Shown in pieces: positions 24,396 to 32,728 of a stretch of 64,000 nt of DNA. The stretch is from Spirochaetota bacterium (GTDB lineage Bacteria; Spirochaetota; Spirochaetia; ARS1246), in the NCBI GenBank assembly GCA_024275515.1, contig JAJRYZ010000244.1, forward strand, positions 1,140 to 65,139, in the 5' to 3' direction. Both the position numbers and the translations under genes were made by a program. The notes beneath the pieces are model-generated. The model was not told where the DNA came from, searched no databases, and was given only the letters and a program-made list of their open reading frames with translations. Position 1 is the first letter of the stretch. Each line of letters opens with the position of its first letter.

Positions 24396-26452
24396 AATAC
24401 CTCCTTTTTGCTTCCGGTCGGAACGCGCGGGCCGGCATTCGAAAGGTCGAACGGAACGAAACCGAGGGCTATTGCCGGGGAGTCGCCGGCAATCGTAAAA
24501 TCGCGGCCGGAAAGGTCGCGACATTTCGGGTCGGCGACAATGCTCCCGGCGTCCTGACCGCTCCTTTGCCACTCCTCGAAGCTCATTCCGTCGAACTCAA
24601 CCGACCCGCCCGACGTGTGAAAATAGCAATTGCGCAGAAACAGCGCAGTTTCGGGAGTCCACGGCTTCCCGCGAGCGCCCGCCTTAAGCAGCGCGCCCTC
24701 GGAATAAATCACGATGTTTTGTTCGAAGAGGAACGATCGATGACTTTCGGCCCGTCCGCGTTCTATCTGCGCCTCGACGCCGAAGGCGAAGATGTTGTTG
24801 CGAACGATGTTTTCCAGCCCGAAGTGCTGATGAAACGGCGCGCACTTGGTGTCGTAGCAACAGTTGTATTCGATCAGCAGCCGACTCGAGCCCTCGTCCG
24901 GATAGATCGCCCAGCCGCCGTAGGTCCGCGACCGAATGTCATGGATCAGGTTGTACCTGAGCCGGGTTCCCGGCTGCATGCCCAGCGTATAGATGCCGCC
25001 CATGTCGGAGAGCTTTCCCTTTCCGAGATGATGGATGTGATTCCATTCGACGACGTTCCCGCCGGCACGATTCTCCTCGTATCCCCAGTTCCAACCGATC
25101 GAAACTCCCGTGTAGTAGAAGTCGTGGATATCGTTGTGGAGGACGATATTCGACGGCGCGTCGCCGATAAGCACGCCGGCGGCCGGCGGAAAGAGATGTC
25201 CGCCGTCGCCGATATCGCAGTCGGATACGACGTTTCGCCCGCACCCGTGCCAGATCTTGATACCGCCGGCGCCGAGGTCGCGCAAAGTGCACCCGACTAT
25301 GCGAACGTCGGTGCAGTCGTCCTCCAACGCGATCGCGTAGGTTCCGACGTGCTCGACGGTGCATCCTTCGATCGAAACGTAATGCGCCTGCTTCATCGAG
25401 ACCGCCCCGGGAACGATCGGGGCCGACTGGCGGATCGCCGCAACGTCCTGCGGCGTTTGCCACTCGACGTGGCTAAACACGAGGTTTCTCAATGTGAGTA
25501 TCGGATGCGTGTTCAACTGCTTCGATTCGACGCCGCGTTCGAGCCGACCGCCGCGAATCTCAATGAGAGTCTCAAGATACGGCGCCACCACTTCGACCGC
25601 CCCGATCGTTTCTCCGGGCATCGGCACGTAGTAGAGCAGTCCGTCGGTCCTGTCCAGGTACCACTCGCCGGGCGAATCGAGCGCCTCGAAAACGTTCTCG
25701 ACGTTGTAGGCCGCTCCGGTTCGACCGAAATCGTAGGAAAGTCGCATACCGGAGTTCCGGTCGATGTAAACGATACGTTCGGCCGGATCGACCCGATCGA
25801 CCCGGGCCCGCATCGAACGCCACAGGGAAAGGATAACGATTTCAACATCCTTCAGGTTGCGCCACTTCGGGTCGATGTCGCCCATTGCGTATCCGAAGCG
25901 ATCGGTCCCTTTCCCGACCGTTTGCGACCAGGCGCCCTCCCACTCGGCGTCGTAGAGCGTCTCGATAAGGTATTCGCCCGACTTCGGAAGTATCGGGCGA
26001 AAGCGTCGCTCGCCGTTTACCCAGATTTGGGAAAAGCTCCATCCTCCCGATCGCACTCCGGGAACCTCGGCGACCCAAGCGTTCACGCCGTTGACCGTGG
26101 TCTCCCGAAACCCGTCGATTCTCCGTCCGCCGCTCAAGACCGCGCGTTCACGCGGATAGGATTCGTAGACGACCGGATGTACCGGCTCGACCGTCGTGTG
26201 CCAGTCGAACTTCTCGGGAGCGCCGAAGTCAGCCTCGGCCAGATGAAGGGTCCCGTCGAGAGAGTAGGTCCCTTCCCGAAGCACGATTCGGATCGTCTTG
26301 GGTTCGTTCGTTTTTCGTCGGATCGATCGAGCGACGCGCTGCGCCGCCTTGATCGTTCGAAGAGGTCCATCGCCGGCGGAGTTGTCGGCGGTTCGCCCGG
26401 TATTGCCGTCGTCGCCTCGTGGCGAGACGTAGATGATCGCTTCGTCGCTCAT
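24392..26452 (-). CDS. right-handed parallel beta-helix repeat protein, paralogue 2, no signal peptide
   Basis: N-terminal IYVSPRGDDGNTG...GPLRTIKAAQ motif, typical of beta-helix enzymes. Blocks YYTGVSIGWNWGY, LSDMGGIYTLGMQPGT, GGWAIYPDEGSS and NIVRNNIFAF are collinear with paralogue 1. Confidence 0.8.
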   Translation of the reverse strand: MSDEAIIYVSPRGDDGNTGRTADNSAGDGPLRTIKAAQRVARSIRRKTNEPKTIRIVLREGTYSLDGTLHLAEADFGAPEKFDWHTTVEPVHPVVYESYPRERAVLSGGRRIDGFRETTVNGVNAWVAEVPGVRSGGWSFSQIWVNGERRFRPILPKSGEYLIETLYDAEWEGAWSQTVGKGTDRFGYAMGDIDPKWRNLKDVEIVILSLWRSMRARVDRVDPAERIVYIDRNSGMRLSYDFGRTGAAYNVENVFEALDSPGEWYLDRTDGLLYYVPMPGETIGAVEVVAPYLETLIEIRGGRLERGVESKQLNTHPILTLRNLVFSHVEWQTPQDVAAIRQSAPIVPGAVSMKQAHYVSIEGCTVEHVGTYAIALEDDCTDVRIVGCTLRDLGAGGIKIWHGCGRNVVSDCDIGDGGHLFPPAAGVLIGDAPSNIVLHNDIHDFYYTGVSIGWNWGYEENRAGGNVVEWNHIHHLGKGKLSDMGGIYTLGMQPGTRLRYNLIHDIRSRTYGGWAIYPDEGSSRLLIEYNCCYDTKCAPFHQHFGLENIVRNNIFAFGVEAQIERGRAESHRSFLFEQNIVIYSEGALLKAGARGKPWTPETALFLRNCYFHTSGGSVEFDGMSFEEWQRSGQDAGSIVADPKCRDLSGRDFTIAGDSPAIALGFVPFDLSNAGPRVPTGSKKEVL

Positions 26453-26544
26453 AGCGTCTCCATCGTTCTACGGGATGGTAGACAAATTATATCGGAATAT
26501 GGAAGAAGGCGCCAGACCGTTCGGAGTCGGTCGCACCGACTCGA

Positions 26545-28833
26545 CTATCGGTAGTACGACGGAGAAACGCCTCTCGCCCGCTTGAAGGCCCGACGAAACG
26601 CATGCGCGCTGTGGTACCCCACCGTGTGGGCGATCTCGTCGACGGTAAGTTTTCCCGATCTCAATAGCGTGGAGGCACGATCCATCCGAAGCTCTTCAAT
26701 ATAGGAGAAGAAATTGGTGCCGAACAGTTCGCGCCACAACTTCGACAGATAGACTTCCGAGAGCTTGAACTCGAGAGCGAGGTGCTTGAGGCTCATCCCG
26801 GGGTCCATATAGTGGGTTTGAACATAGTCGGCGATCGGTTTCTTGAATCGGTGGCTTCGTCCCCCGTTCCGCCCGATCGACTTGGCGATCTCGACGAAAC
26901 CGTTAAGCTGAGCATCGATCTCTTCTCGGAGAGACGCGTGCGATGCGCCGCCGGCGACTCGTCGCCGCTGTGGAGTTTGCACCAGCCGGTTGTGGATTTT
27001 CAGCCGCGTCCCTTCAATTTCCTTGGCGAGAGTCTTGAGCATACGCACCGTCAGACACCTGCCGGAGAAGTTCTCCCGCCGGATCGTCTCGATGAGGGGT
27101 AGTAGTTCATCGGCGCGGCCGGTGGTGGTAAACGCGATAATCCGCAGCTCGATCTCGGGGGGATAGTAATAGAGCTCGGACGGTTTCGCCGATCCGTTTC
27201 CTCCGGGAATCGCCGGAGCGGAGTCGAGCCGTCTGATTGCCGCATCGAGCGCGGGAGGAACGTCGAGAAGCGAGGTCACGATCGCGCCGACCGCCACCAT
27301 GCATCGAACATCCCGCAGCGCCGAAAGATGCGCGGTCACGTTGCGCATCCTCGTGTCGAACGCTTCCTCGGCGCTTTTCGTTCCGTTGTTCCGATCGAGA
27401 ACCAGCACGACGCCTATCCGGTTCAGGCTTACTTCATGGACCAGCGCGCGCTCTGCGAGCACGTCGGTCAGTTGCTTGCGAATCAGAGTGTTTTTGATGA
27501 TAAACTCTTTGAGAATTTCCGAGTCGACCTCGTCGTAGTATCCGTCGATGAGGACGCACGCCACTCCGTAGCAGCCGCCGCGAATATCGACTTCGAAGTG
27601 ATCGAGGAACGCGGTAATTTCCTCTTCCGACACGAAGTCTCCTCGAAAGAGCCTGTCGATGACGACCTGTTTGACGTACGGTCTCTGTTCCTCCAGCAGG
27701 ACCTTCAGGCTCGAATTGCGCTTGATCAGCTCGGAGACCGAGTCGGAGATGAACCCGAGGCTATTCTCGCGGTTGGATTCCGACAGCACAACGCCGTCCT
27801 TGAGGATTTCCGAAACACGGATGAGCGGTTTGGAGAACCGGTAGGCGGTAAACACCGCTATCGGAATGCCCACGACGACGATGAGCAGAGCCAACGCGAC
27901 GAAGATCGTTTCGATTCGTTTGGACTGGCGCAGGAAGAGCGCCTTCGGGACGGCGGAAACGTAGAGCCAGCCGTTGTATTCACTTCGGATGTAGGAGACC
28001 GCGTAGTCTTCGTCGTCGACGGTGCGGAATAGAATTCCGCTCGGCTCCTCCGGAATCTCGAACCGCGGAACCGAGCCGTCGTCCCGATAGGAGATATCGA
28101 CGAACGACCTGCCGTCCTCCATGTCGATGTAGGCGCATCCCTTGCCCGGGAGCAGCCGTTCGCGCATGAGCGTCTCGATTGCGTTTCTGTCTATGTAGGC
28201 CGCGAGGACGCCCCTCCCTTTGATGCGCGGCGTAAAGGGAAGCGAAGCGCGTATTTCGATGACGTCGTGAAGAGCGCCACGGTAGACGATCCGTTTGAAA
28301 CTCGCGGTGCGATGGACGTAACGCGTTCCGGCCAGATCGGCTTTCCACTTATCGTACGGAACACCGACCTCGCGCAGATAACTTTGATAGAAAAGCTCGG
28401 GGGAGAAAAATACGTCTCTCGTCGTGAGAATCGTGTCGATTTCGCGTAGGTAGACGACGATATCGATGAGATAAGGGTTCTCCGCGGCGGTCAACAAACT
28501 ATTCAAACGCGCGCGTCCAATCTCAAGCATCATCGGCGGAGTAACGGGTCCTTTCAGGAACAGCAGGTCGTTAAGTCCGTTTTCTGCGCGAATCGCGGTA
28601 ATCATCGTCGAAATATCGCGTATCGCCGACTCGACTACCGCCTTGTTCAGCGCGAGATTGTCGGTGTTCGTCGCGCGAATATCCGCTTCGATGTTCCGAA
28701 TCTGCAAGCCGTAGAACACGCCTCCGACGATGAGAGGAGTCAACAGAATGACCAGATAGGCCAGCAGGAATTTCCACAGAATAGCGAGGCGCTTGTCCGC
28801 TCCACGCGCGCCGCGTGTCCGGGGAACGATCAC
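26545..28833 (-). CDS. membrane-anchored AraC-family one-component regulator (TM, extracytoplasmic sensor, TM, HAMP-like linker, AraC HTH)
   Basis: Two TM segments (AILWKFLLAYLVILLTPLIVGGVFY; IFVALALLIVVVGIPIAVFTAY). C-terminal AraC HTH (SLKHLALEFKLSEVYLSKLWRELFG..., GYHSAHAFRRAFKRARGVSP). No H-box and no receiver domain. The start is uncertain: GTG 28833 is chosen, and the track gives TTG 28947, which would overlap the upstream permease by 62 nt. Confidence 0.75.
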   Translation of the reverse strand: MIVPRTRGARGADKRLAILWKFLLAYLVILLTPLIVGGVFYGLQIRNIEADIRATNTDNLALNKAVVESAIRDISTMITAIRAENGLNDLLFLKGPVTPPMMLEIGRARLNSLLTAAENPYLIDIVVYLREIDTILTTRDVFFSPELFYQSYLREVGVPYDKWKADLAGTRYVHRTASFKRIVYRGALHDVIEIRASLPFTPRIKGRGVLAAYIDRNAIETLMRERLLPGKGCAYIDMEDGRSFVDISYRDDGSVPRFEIPEEPSGILFRTVDDEDYAVSYIRSEYNGWLYVSAVPKALFLRQSKRIETIFVALALLIVVVGIPIAVFTAYRFSKPLIRVSEILKDGVVLSESNRENSLGFISDSVSELIKRNSSLKVLLEEQRPYVKQVVIDRLFRGDFVSEEEITAFLDHFEVDIRGGCYGVACVLIDGYYDEVDSEILKEFIIKNTLIRKQLTDVLAERALVHEVSLNRIGVVLVLDRNNGTKSAEEAFDTRMRNVTAHLSALRDVRCMVAVGAIVTSLLDVPPALDAAIRRLDSAPAIPGGNGSAKPSELYYYPPEIELRIIAFTTTGRADELLPLIETIRRENFSGRCLTVRMLKTLAKEIEGTRLKIHNRLVQTPQRRRVAGGASHASLREEIDAQLNGFVEIAKSIGRNGGRSHRFKKPIADYVQTHYMDPGMSLKHLALEFKLSEVYLSKLWRELFGTNFFSYIEELRMDRASTLLRSGKLTVDEIAHTVGYHSAHAFRRAFKRARGVSPSYYR

Positions 28834-28885
28834 GAGGACTACTCTATCACAGAAACGGTCGGGTGTGCGAGATAAAGCGCCCGTT

Positions 28886-29869
28886 CTACCAGAGACTCGT
28901 GTCTCCGAGCTTGCGCGCGATTCGGTTGACCAGCACGAGAAGGACAAAGCTGATTCCGTTCTGGAACAACCCGATTGCCGTAGCGTAGGAGTAGTTTGGG
29001 TAGGAAGCGACGATACCGATCTTGTAGACGTAGGTCGAGATTACTTCCGATGCGCGGATGTTGAGGTTGTTCTGCAGCAGAAAGATCTTTTCAAACCCGA
29101 TTTGAAGCATGCTTCCCGAACGTAGTATCAGCAGTATCACGATGATCGGGAGGATCGTCTGTATGTCGATATGCCACATCCGTCGCCAGATGCTCGCCCC
29201 GTCCACCAACGCGGAGTCGTGAAGCGAATCGTCGACCGCCGAAAGCGCGGCAAGATATATTATCGTTCCCCAGCCCATGTTCTGCCAAATGCCGGTCCAG
29301 ACGTACACATGGGGAAACCACGCGACACTTGCAAGGAAAGCGGGTTGTTTTTCAAAACCAATAGTCGACAGGACGGTGCTGATAATACCGTATCGAGGAG
29401 TAAACATTTTATAGATGATTCCGACCATGACGACTGTTGAAATAAAATGAGGTATATAAGTCGTCATCTGAACGGATTTTCTGTAGATCGGGAACGGGCA
29501 GTAGTGAATGAGGAGTGCGAGGATTATCGGGATAGGAAATCCCGCGAGAAGTGAATACACGTTCAAAACAAAAGTGTTTTTTAGAATCCACGCAAATTTG
29601 TACGAATTCAAGAAACGCGTAAAGTTGTCGAACCCTATCCATTCGCTTCCCCAGATTCCCAATCCCGGCAGGAGTCGTTTGAACGCTATGATGTTTCCGT
29701 ACATGGGGATGTACTGGAAAACGAGGATGAGCAGCACCGGCGCGACGCAGAGCAGATACATATCCCAGTTCGCCCGGATTCGCTTTCGCCTGATTCTGCG
29801 GAAATACTCCCGTTGCGCAACCCTTTCCGAAGAGCCGCCCCGGTCCACCGCTCGCTGTAACAAACTCAT
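28886..29869 (-). CDS. carbohydrate ABC transporter permease, LplB-type, without an adjacent LplC partner
   Basis: Collinear and highly similar at the protein level to 32722-33702 (shared FPIPIILALLIHYCPFP, VWTGIWQ.MGWGTIIYLAAL, FLLQNNLNI). No obvious Shine-Dalgarno precedes ATG 29869. Confidence 0.8.
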   Translation of the reverse strand: MSLLQRAVDRGGSSERVAQREYFRRIRRKRIRANWDMYLLCVAPVLLILVFQYIPMYGNIIAFKRLLPGLGIWGSEWIGFDNFTRFLNSYKFAWILKNTFVLNVYSLLAGFPIPIILALLIHYCPFPIYRKSVQMTTYIPHFISTVVMVGIIYKMFTPRYGIISTVLSTIGFEKQPAFLASVAWFPHVYVWTGIWQNMGWGTIIYLAALSAVDDSLHDSALVDGASIWRRMWHIDIQTILPIIVILLILRSGSMLQIGFEKIFLLQNNLNIRASEVISTYVYKIGIVASYPNYSYATAIGLFQNGISFVLLVLVNRIARKLGDTSLW

Positions 29870-29892
29870 TCGTTTTTTGCCGTAAAAGAGAA

Positions 29893-29940
29893 CTGCCCGG
29901 CAACTCCCGGCCGCTCGTTCACGGCCGAGGTGTCGGGCAG
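29893..29940 (-). terminator. long imperfect hairpin followed by a T-rich tract on the minus strand (terminator/attenuator after the binding-protein gene)
   Basis: The minus-strand reading is CTGCCCGaCAcCTCGGCCG-tgaacgag-CGGCCGgGAGtTGcCGGGCAG, then TTCTCTTTTAC. It lies between the SBP stop (29976) and the next permease start (29869). Confidence 0.5.
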
Positions 29941-29975
29941 CGATTTTCAGACTTCGAGCCGGATCAACTCAACGC

Positions 29976-31685
29976 CTAGTAGCCGGCGTTGGTGATCGTC
30001 TTCTGCCAGAGCTCGACGTACCGATCGACGCCGGCTCGCTTGAGCTCGCGCAGGTATGCGTCCCAGTCGCCGTCGTCGGTGATGTCGCGGGTTCCGACGA
30101 TGAACTCGGTCGACCAGTTCATGACAACACCGGTCCCTGAAGAAATAGCCTCTCTCAGGTCGGTCATTTCATCCATGATCGCTTCGTCGAAGACAAGGTT
30201 CGGCGGGATGTAGTGTTCGCCGCCGTACGGCTGCATCAAGTCGCGGGTCCAGATCATGAGCCAGTACTCCTGCTTCGACCGGTCGTTCTTCCACTCGAGC
30301 GGAAGACCGCCGATGTTGTACGGTGTCCACCTGGGCGCAGCTCTCGTCCATCCGTCGTCTCTCTTGTCCGCTCCGAGCCCATAGGTCTTTGTAACGATAG
30401 GAAGTGTCTCGGCAGGATGTCCGTCCCGGCTGACGAGCCCGAGCTTCTTCTCCTCTTCGGTCAGGTACCGCCAATCCACGCCTTCCTGGAGGAAGTCCCA
30501 CGAGAGAGGGCCATGGACGAACTTATCCTGGTAGAACCAGTTCGCCCACTGAGCGATGATGTCGGGCCTGTCGGCGGCGCTGGTAATCTTGGTGTGAAAT
30601 CGAACCGCCGGCGGATTGTAGCGCGCGAACTGCACGCCGTTGGGGCCTTTGAGCGGAGCGATGGGCCAATAGTCGGCAAACCGACCGGTGCCGCCGCCGT
30701 TGATGCTGAATACTCCGTACCAGCCGGCGGGCACCGCACCGACTTTCGGAGCGTCGGGATGTTCGACGAGCGCGCGAAGCTGGTCGTTGTGCTGGACGAA
30801 GGTTTCGGGAGCGAGAAGGCCTTCGTCGACGAGCTTGTTGAGGTACGTGAGGCCTTCGCGATACTCGGGCGTATTTGCGACGAAGCTGATTTTCCCGCCG
30901 TCACGTCTGAGGAAATTCCCGTTGTCGAAGTAGACGAACGAATTCATGAGAAAAATCATCGGGTTGGTGTTCCATCCGCCCTGAGCCGAACCCATCAACG
31001 GAATCTCGTCCTTCTGGCCGTTTCCGTTCGGGTCGCCGTCACGCATGGCTACGAATAGATCGTACAGCTCATCGGTCGTCTCCGGGGGCCATTTCTTTCC
31101 CAAAGTCTCGACCCACGGCTTGTAGATAAAGAACTTACCCGAGTAAGAACAGTGGAAACAACCGGCTTCGAGGTCGGGGAGGGCGTAGATGTTCCCGTCG
31201 GGGCTTGTGAGTTGGGCCAAGTATTGTGGATACGCGGCGAGCTCTTTTTTCAAATCCGGCATCTTTGTGTCGATGAGGTCATTGAGCGCGATAAGCGTGC
31301 CGTTCAGACCGTAGGTATAGGCCTGTTGAGCATCCATGCCCCACGCCGACATGATCACGTCGGGAAGATCGCCGGAAGCGAGCATCAAGTTCTGCCGTTC
31401 GGCGAACACGGACGATTCGATGACTTCCTTCCAGATAATGCGAACGTTGGTGATATCTTCGAGATACGACGTTAACTTCGCATCCTGGTGATTCCCCGAA
31501 GACTCGGTGGCGCTGTAGATGCCAACGGCCTCGAACTCGTACGGTTCGGGCCCGAGTATTACCGGCCAACTGCCCGGTGTATTCAACTCATACTCGTCTT
31601 TGGCAGCTCCTTCGCCCTGCCCTCCGCCGAATACCACACCGGCTGAGACGCCCAGGACGACCATGAAGAACAATAACTTCTTCAT
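29976..31685 (-). CDS. extracellular solute-binding protein, large LplA-type
   Basis: Signal peptide MKKLLFFMVVLGVSAGVVFGGG with no Cys. The protein is 569 aa and follows the two permease genes. Confidence 0.85.
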   Translation of the reverse strand: MKKLLFFMVVLGVSAGVVFGGGQGEGAAKDEYELNTPGSWPVILGPEPYEFEAVGIYSATESSGNHQDAKLTSYLEDITNVRIIWKEVIESSVFAERQNLMLASGDLPDVIMSAWGMDAQQAYTYGLNGTLIALNDLIDTKMPDLKKELAAYPQYLAQLTSPDGNIYALPDLEAGCFHCSYSGKFFIYKPWVETLGKKWPPETTDELYDLFVAMRDGDPNGNGQKDEIPLMGSAQGGWNTNPMIFLMNSFVYFDNGNFLRRDGGKISFVANTPEYREGLTYLNKLVDEGLLAPETFVQHNDQLRALVEHPDAPKVGAVPAGWYGVFSINGGGTGRFADYWPIAPLKGPNGVQFARYNPPAVRFHTKITSAADRPDIIAQWANWFYQDKFVHGPLSWDFLQEGVDWRYLTEEEKKLGLVSRDGHPAETLPIVTKTYGLGADKRDDGWTRAAPRWTPYNIGGLPLEWKNDRSKQEYWLMIWTRDLMQPYGGEHYIPPNLVFDEAIMDEMTDLREAISSGTGVVMNWSTEFIVGTRDITDDGDWDAYLRELKRAGVDRYVELWQKTITNAGY

Positions 31686-31756
31686 ACATACTCTCCTTTC
31701 GGATTCTTTTTTGACCGGGCAACGCCCGGATTGCCTACTACTGCAGATTGCCGTTT

Positions 31757-32728
31757 CTATCCTTTTATCGCGCCGATCATTATGCCGCGAACGAAATACC
31801 GCTGTACGAACGGATACATCGCGAGAACCGGCAGAGTCGCAACGATTATCAGCGCGTACTGTAGAAGTTGCTGGAGGTACTCGCGTTGCATCATAAGGTC
31901 GAGCTGTTCTTGCGTCATGCCCGCCATCATCTCGTCCATGAGAACCGGTGAGTTTTGAATGAGTATCTCCCTCAAGACCAGTTGCAGCGGCTGGAGTGAT
32001 TTGGTTCGCAAGTAGATTAACGCGTTGAAGAACTGGTTCCAGTGGCCGACGGCGTAGAACAGCGTGATTACCGCGATGATCGGGCCGGATAATGGAACGA
32101 CTATCATGAGGAACATTCGAGTATTCGATGCGCCGTCGACGCGCGCCGAATCGTAGAGTTCAAGAGGAATATTGGCTTGCAGAAACGTTCGTGTAATGAT
32201 TACGTTCCAGACACCGATGGCCCACGGGATAATCATGACCGCCCGCGTGTCTATGAGTCCGAGGCTTTTGATAAGCAGGTAAGTCGGTATGAGTCCGCCG
32301 TTGAAGAACATCGTAAAAGTGAAAAGGAACATGATGATGTTTCGACCGACGAAATCCCGCCGCGAAAGCGGATATGCGACCATCATCGTCATGACGACAT
32401 TGAGGATGGTACCGAAAAATGTGTAGAAAACGGTGTTGCCGTAACCAACCCAGACGGCGTCGTGCTGGAAGACGGCCTTATATCCCTCAAGAGACGGCTT
32501 TACCGGCCAGAGCCATACTCTCCCCATGACGAGTTGTTGAGCGTTGCTCAACGACGCGCTTAGAATGAAAATGAGCGGGTAGAGCACGAGCAAGAAGATT
32601 CCGGACAGCAGCACGATGTCCAATATGTAGAAAAGCCTGTCCTCTCCGGAGCTTCTGACGCCGCGTCCACTAATTCGTTGTGCCTTTCTTTGTTGTGCCT
32701 GCGCCCTTCTTTGTTCCGTCGTTACCAC
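31757..32728 (-). CDS. carbohydrate ABC transporter permease, LplC/MalG-type
   Basis: EAA loop YDSARVDGASNTRMFLMIVVP. The GTG start overlaps the upstream stop (GTGGTAA). Confidence 0.85.
   Translation of the reverse strand: MVTTEQRRAQAQQRKAQRISGRGVRSSGEDRLFYILDIVLLSGIFLLVLYPLIFILSASLSNAQQLVMGRVWLWPVKPSLEGYKAVFQHDAVWVGYGNTVFYTFFGTILNVVMTMMVAYPLSRRDFVGRNIIMFLFTFTMFFNGGLIPTYLLIKSLGLIDTRAVMIIPWAIGVWNVIITRTFLQANIPLELYDSARVDGASNTRMFLMIVVPLSGPIIAVITLFYAVGHWNQFFNALIYLRTKSLQPLQLVLREILIQNSPVLMDEMMAGMTQEQLDLMMQREYLQQLLQYALIIVATLPVLAMYPFVQRYFVRGIMIGAIKG

Noticed and set aside
24566-26554. A 662-aa plus-strand ORF antisense to the second beta-helix gene
   Set aside because: This has the same phase-aligned shadow explanation (26450 minus 24566 equals 1884, divisible by 3). 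The composition is low-complexity and Arg-rich.
31716-31730. A small hairpin CCGGGC-aac-GCCCGG between the LplC gene and the binding-protein gene
   Set aside because: On the transcribed (minus) strand it is followed by an A-run, not a U-tract. On the plus strand the T-run precedes it. It is therefore not a canonical terminator in either direction, and is at most a minor mRNA structure.
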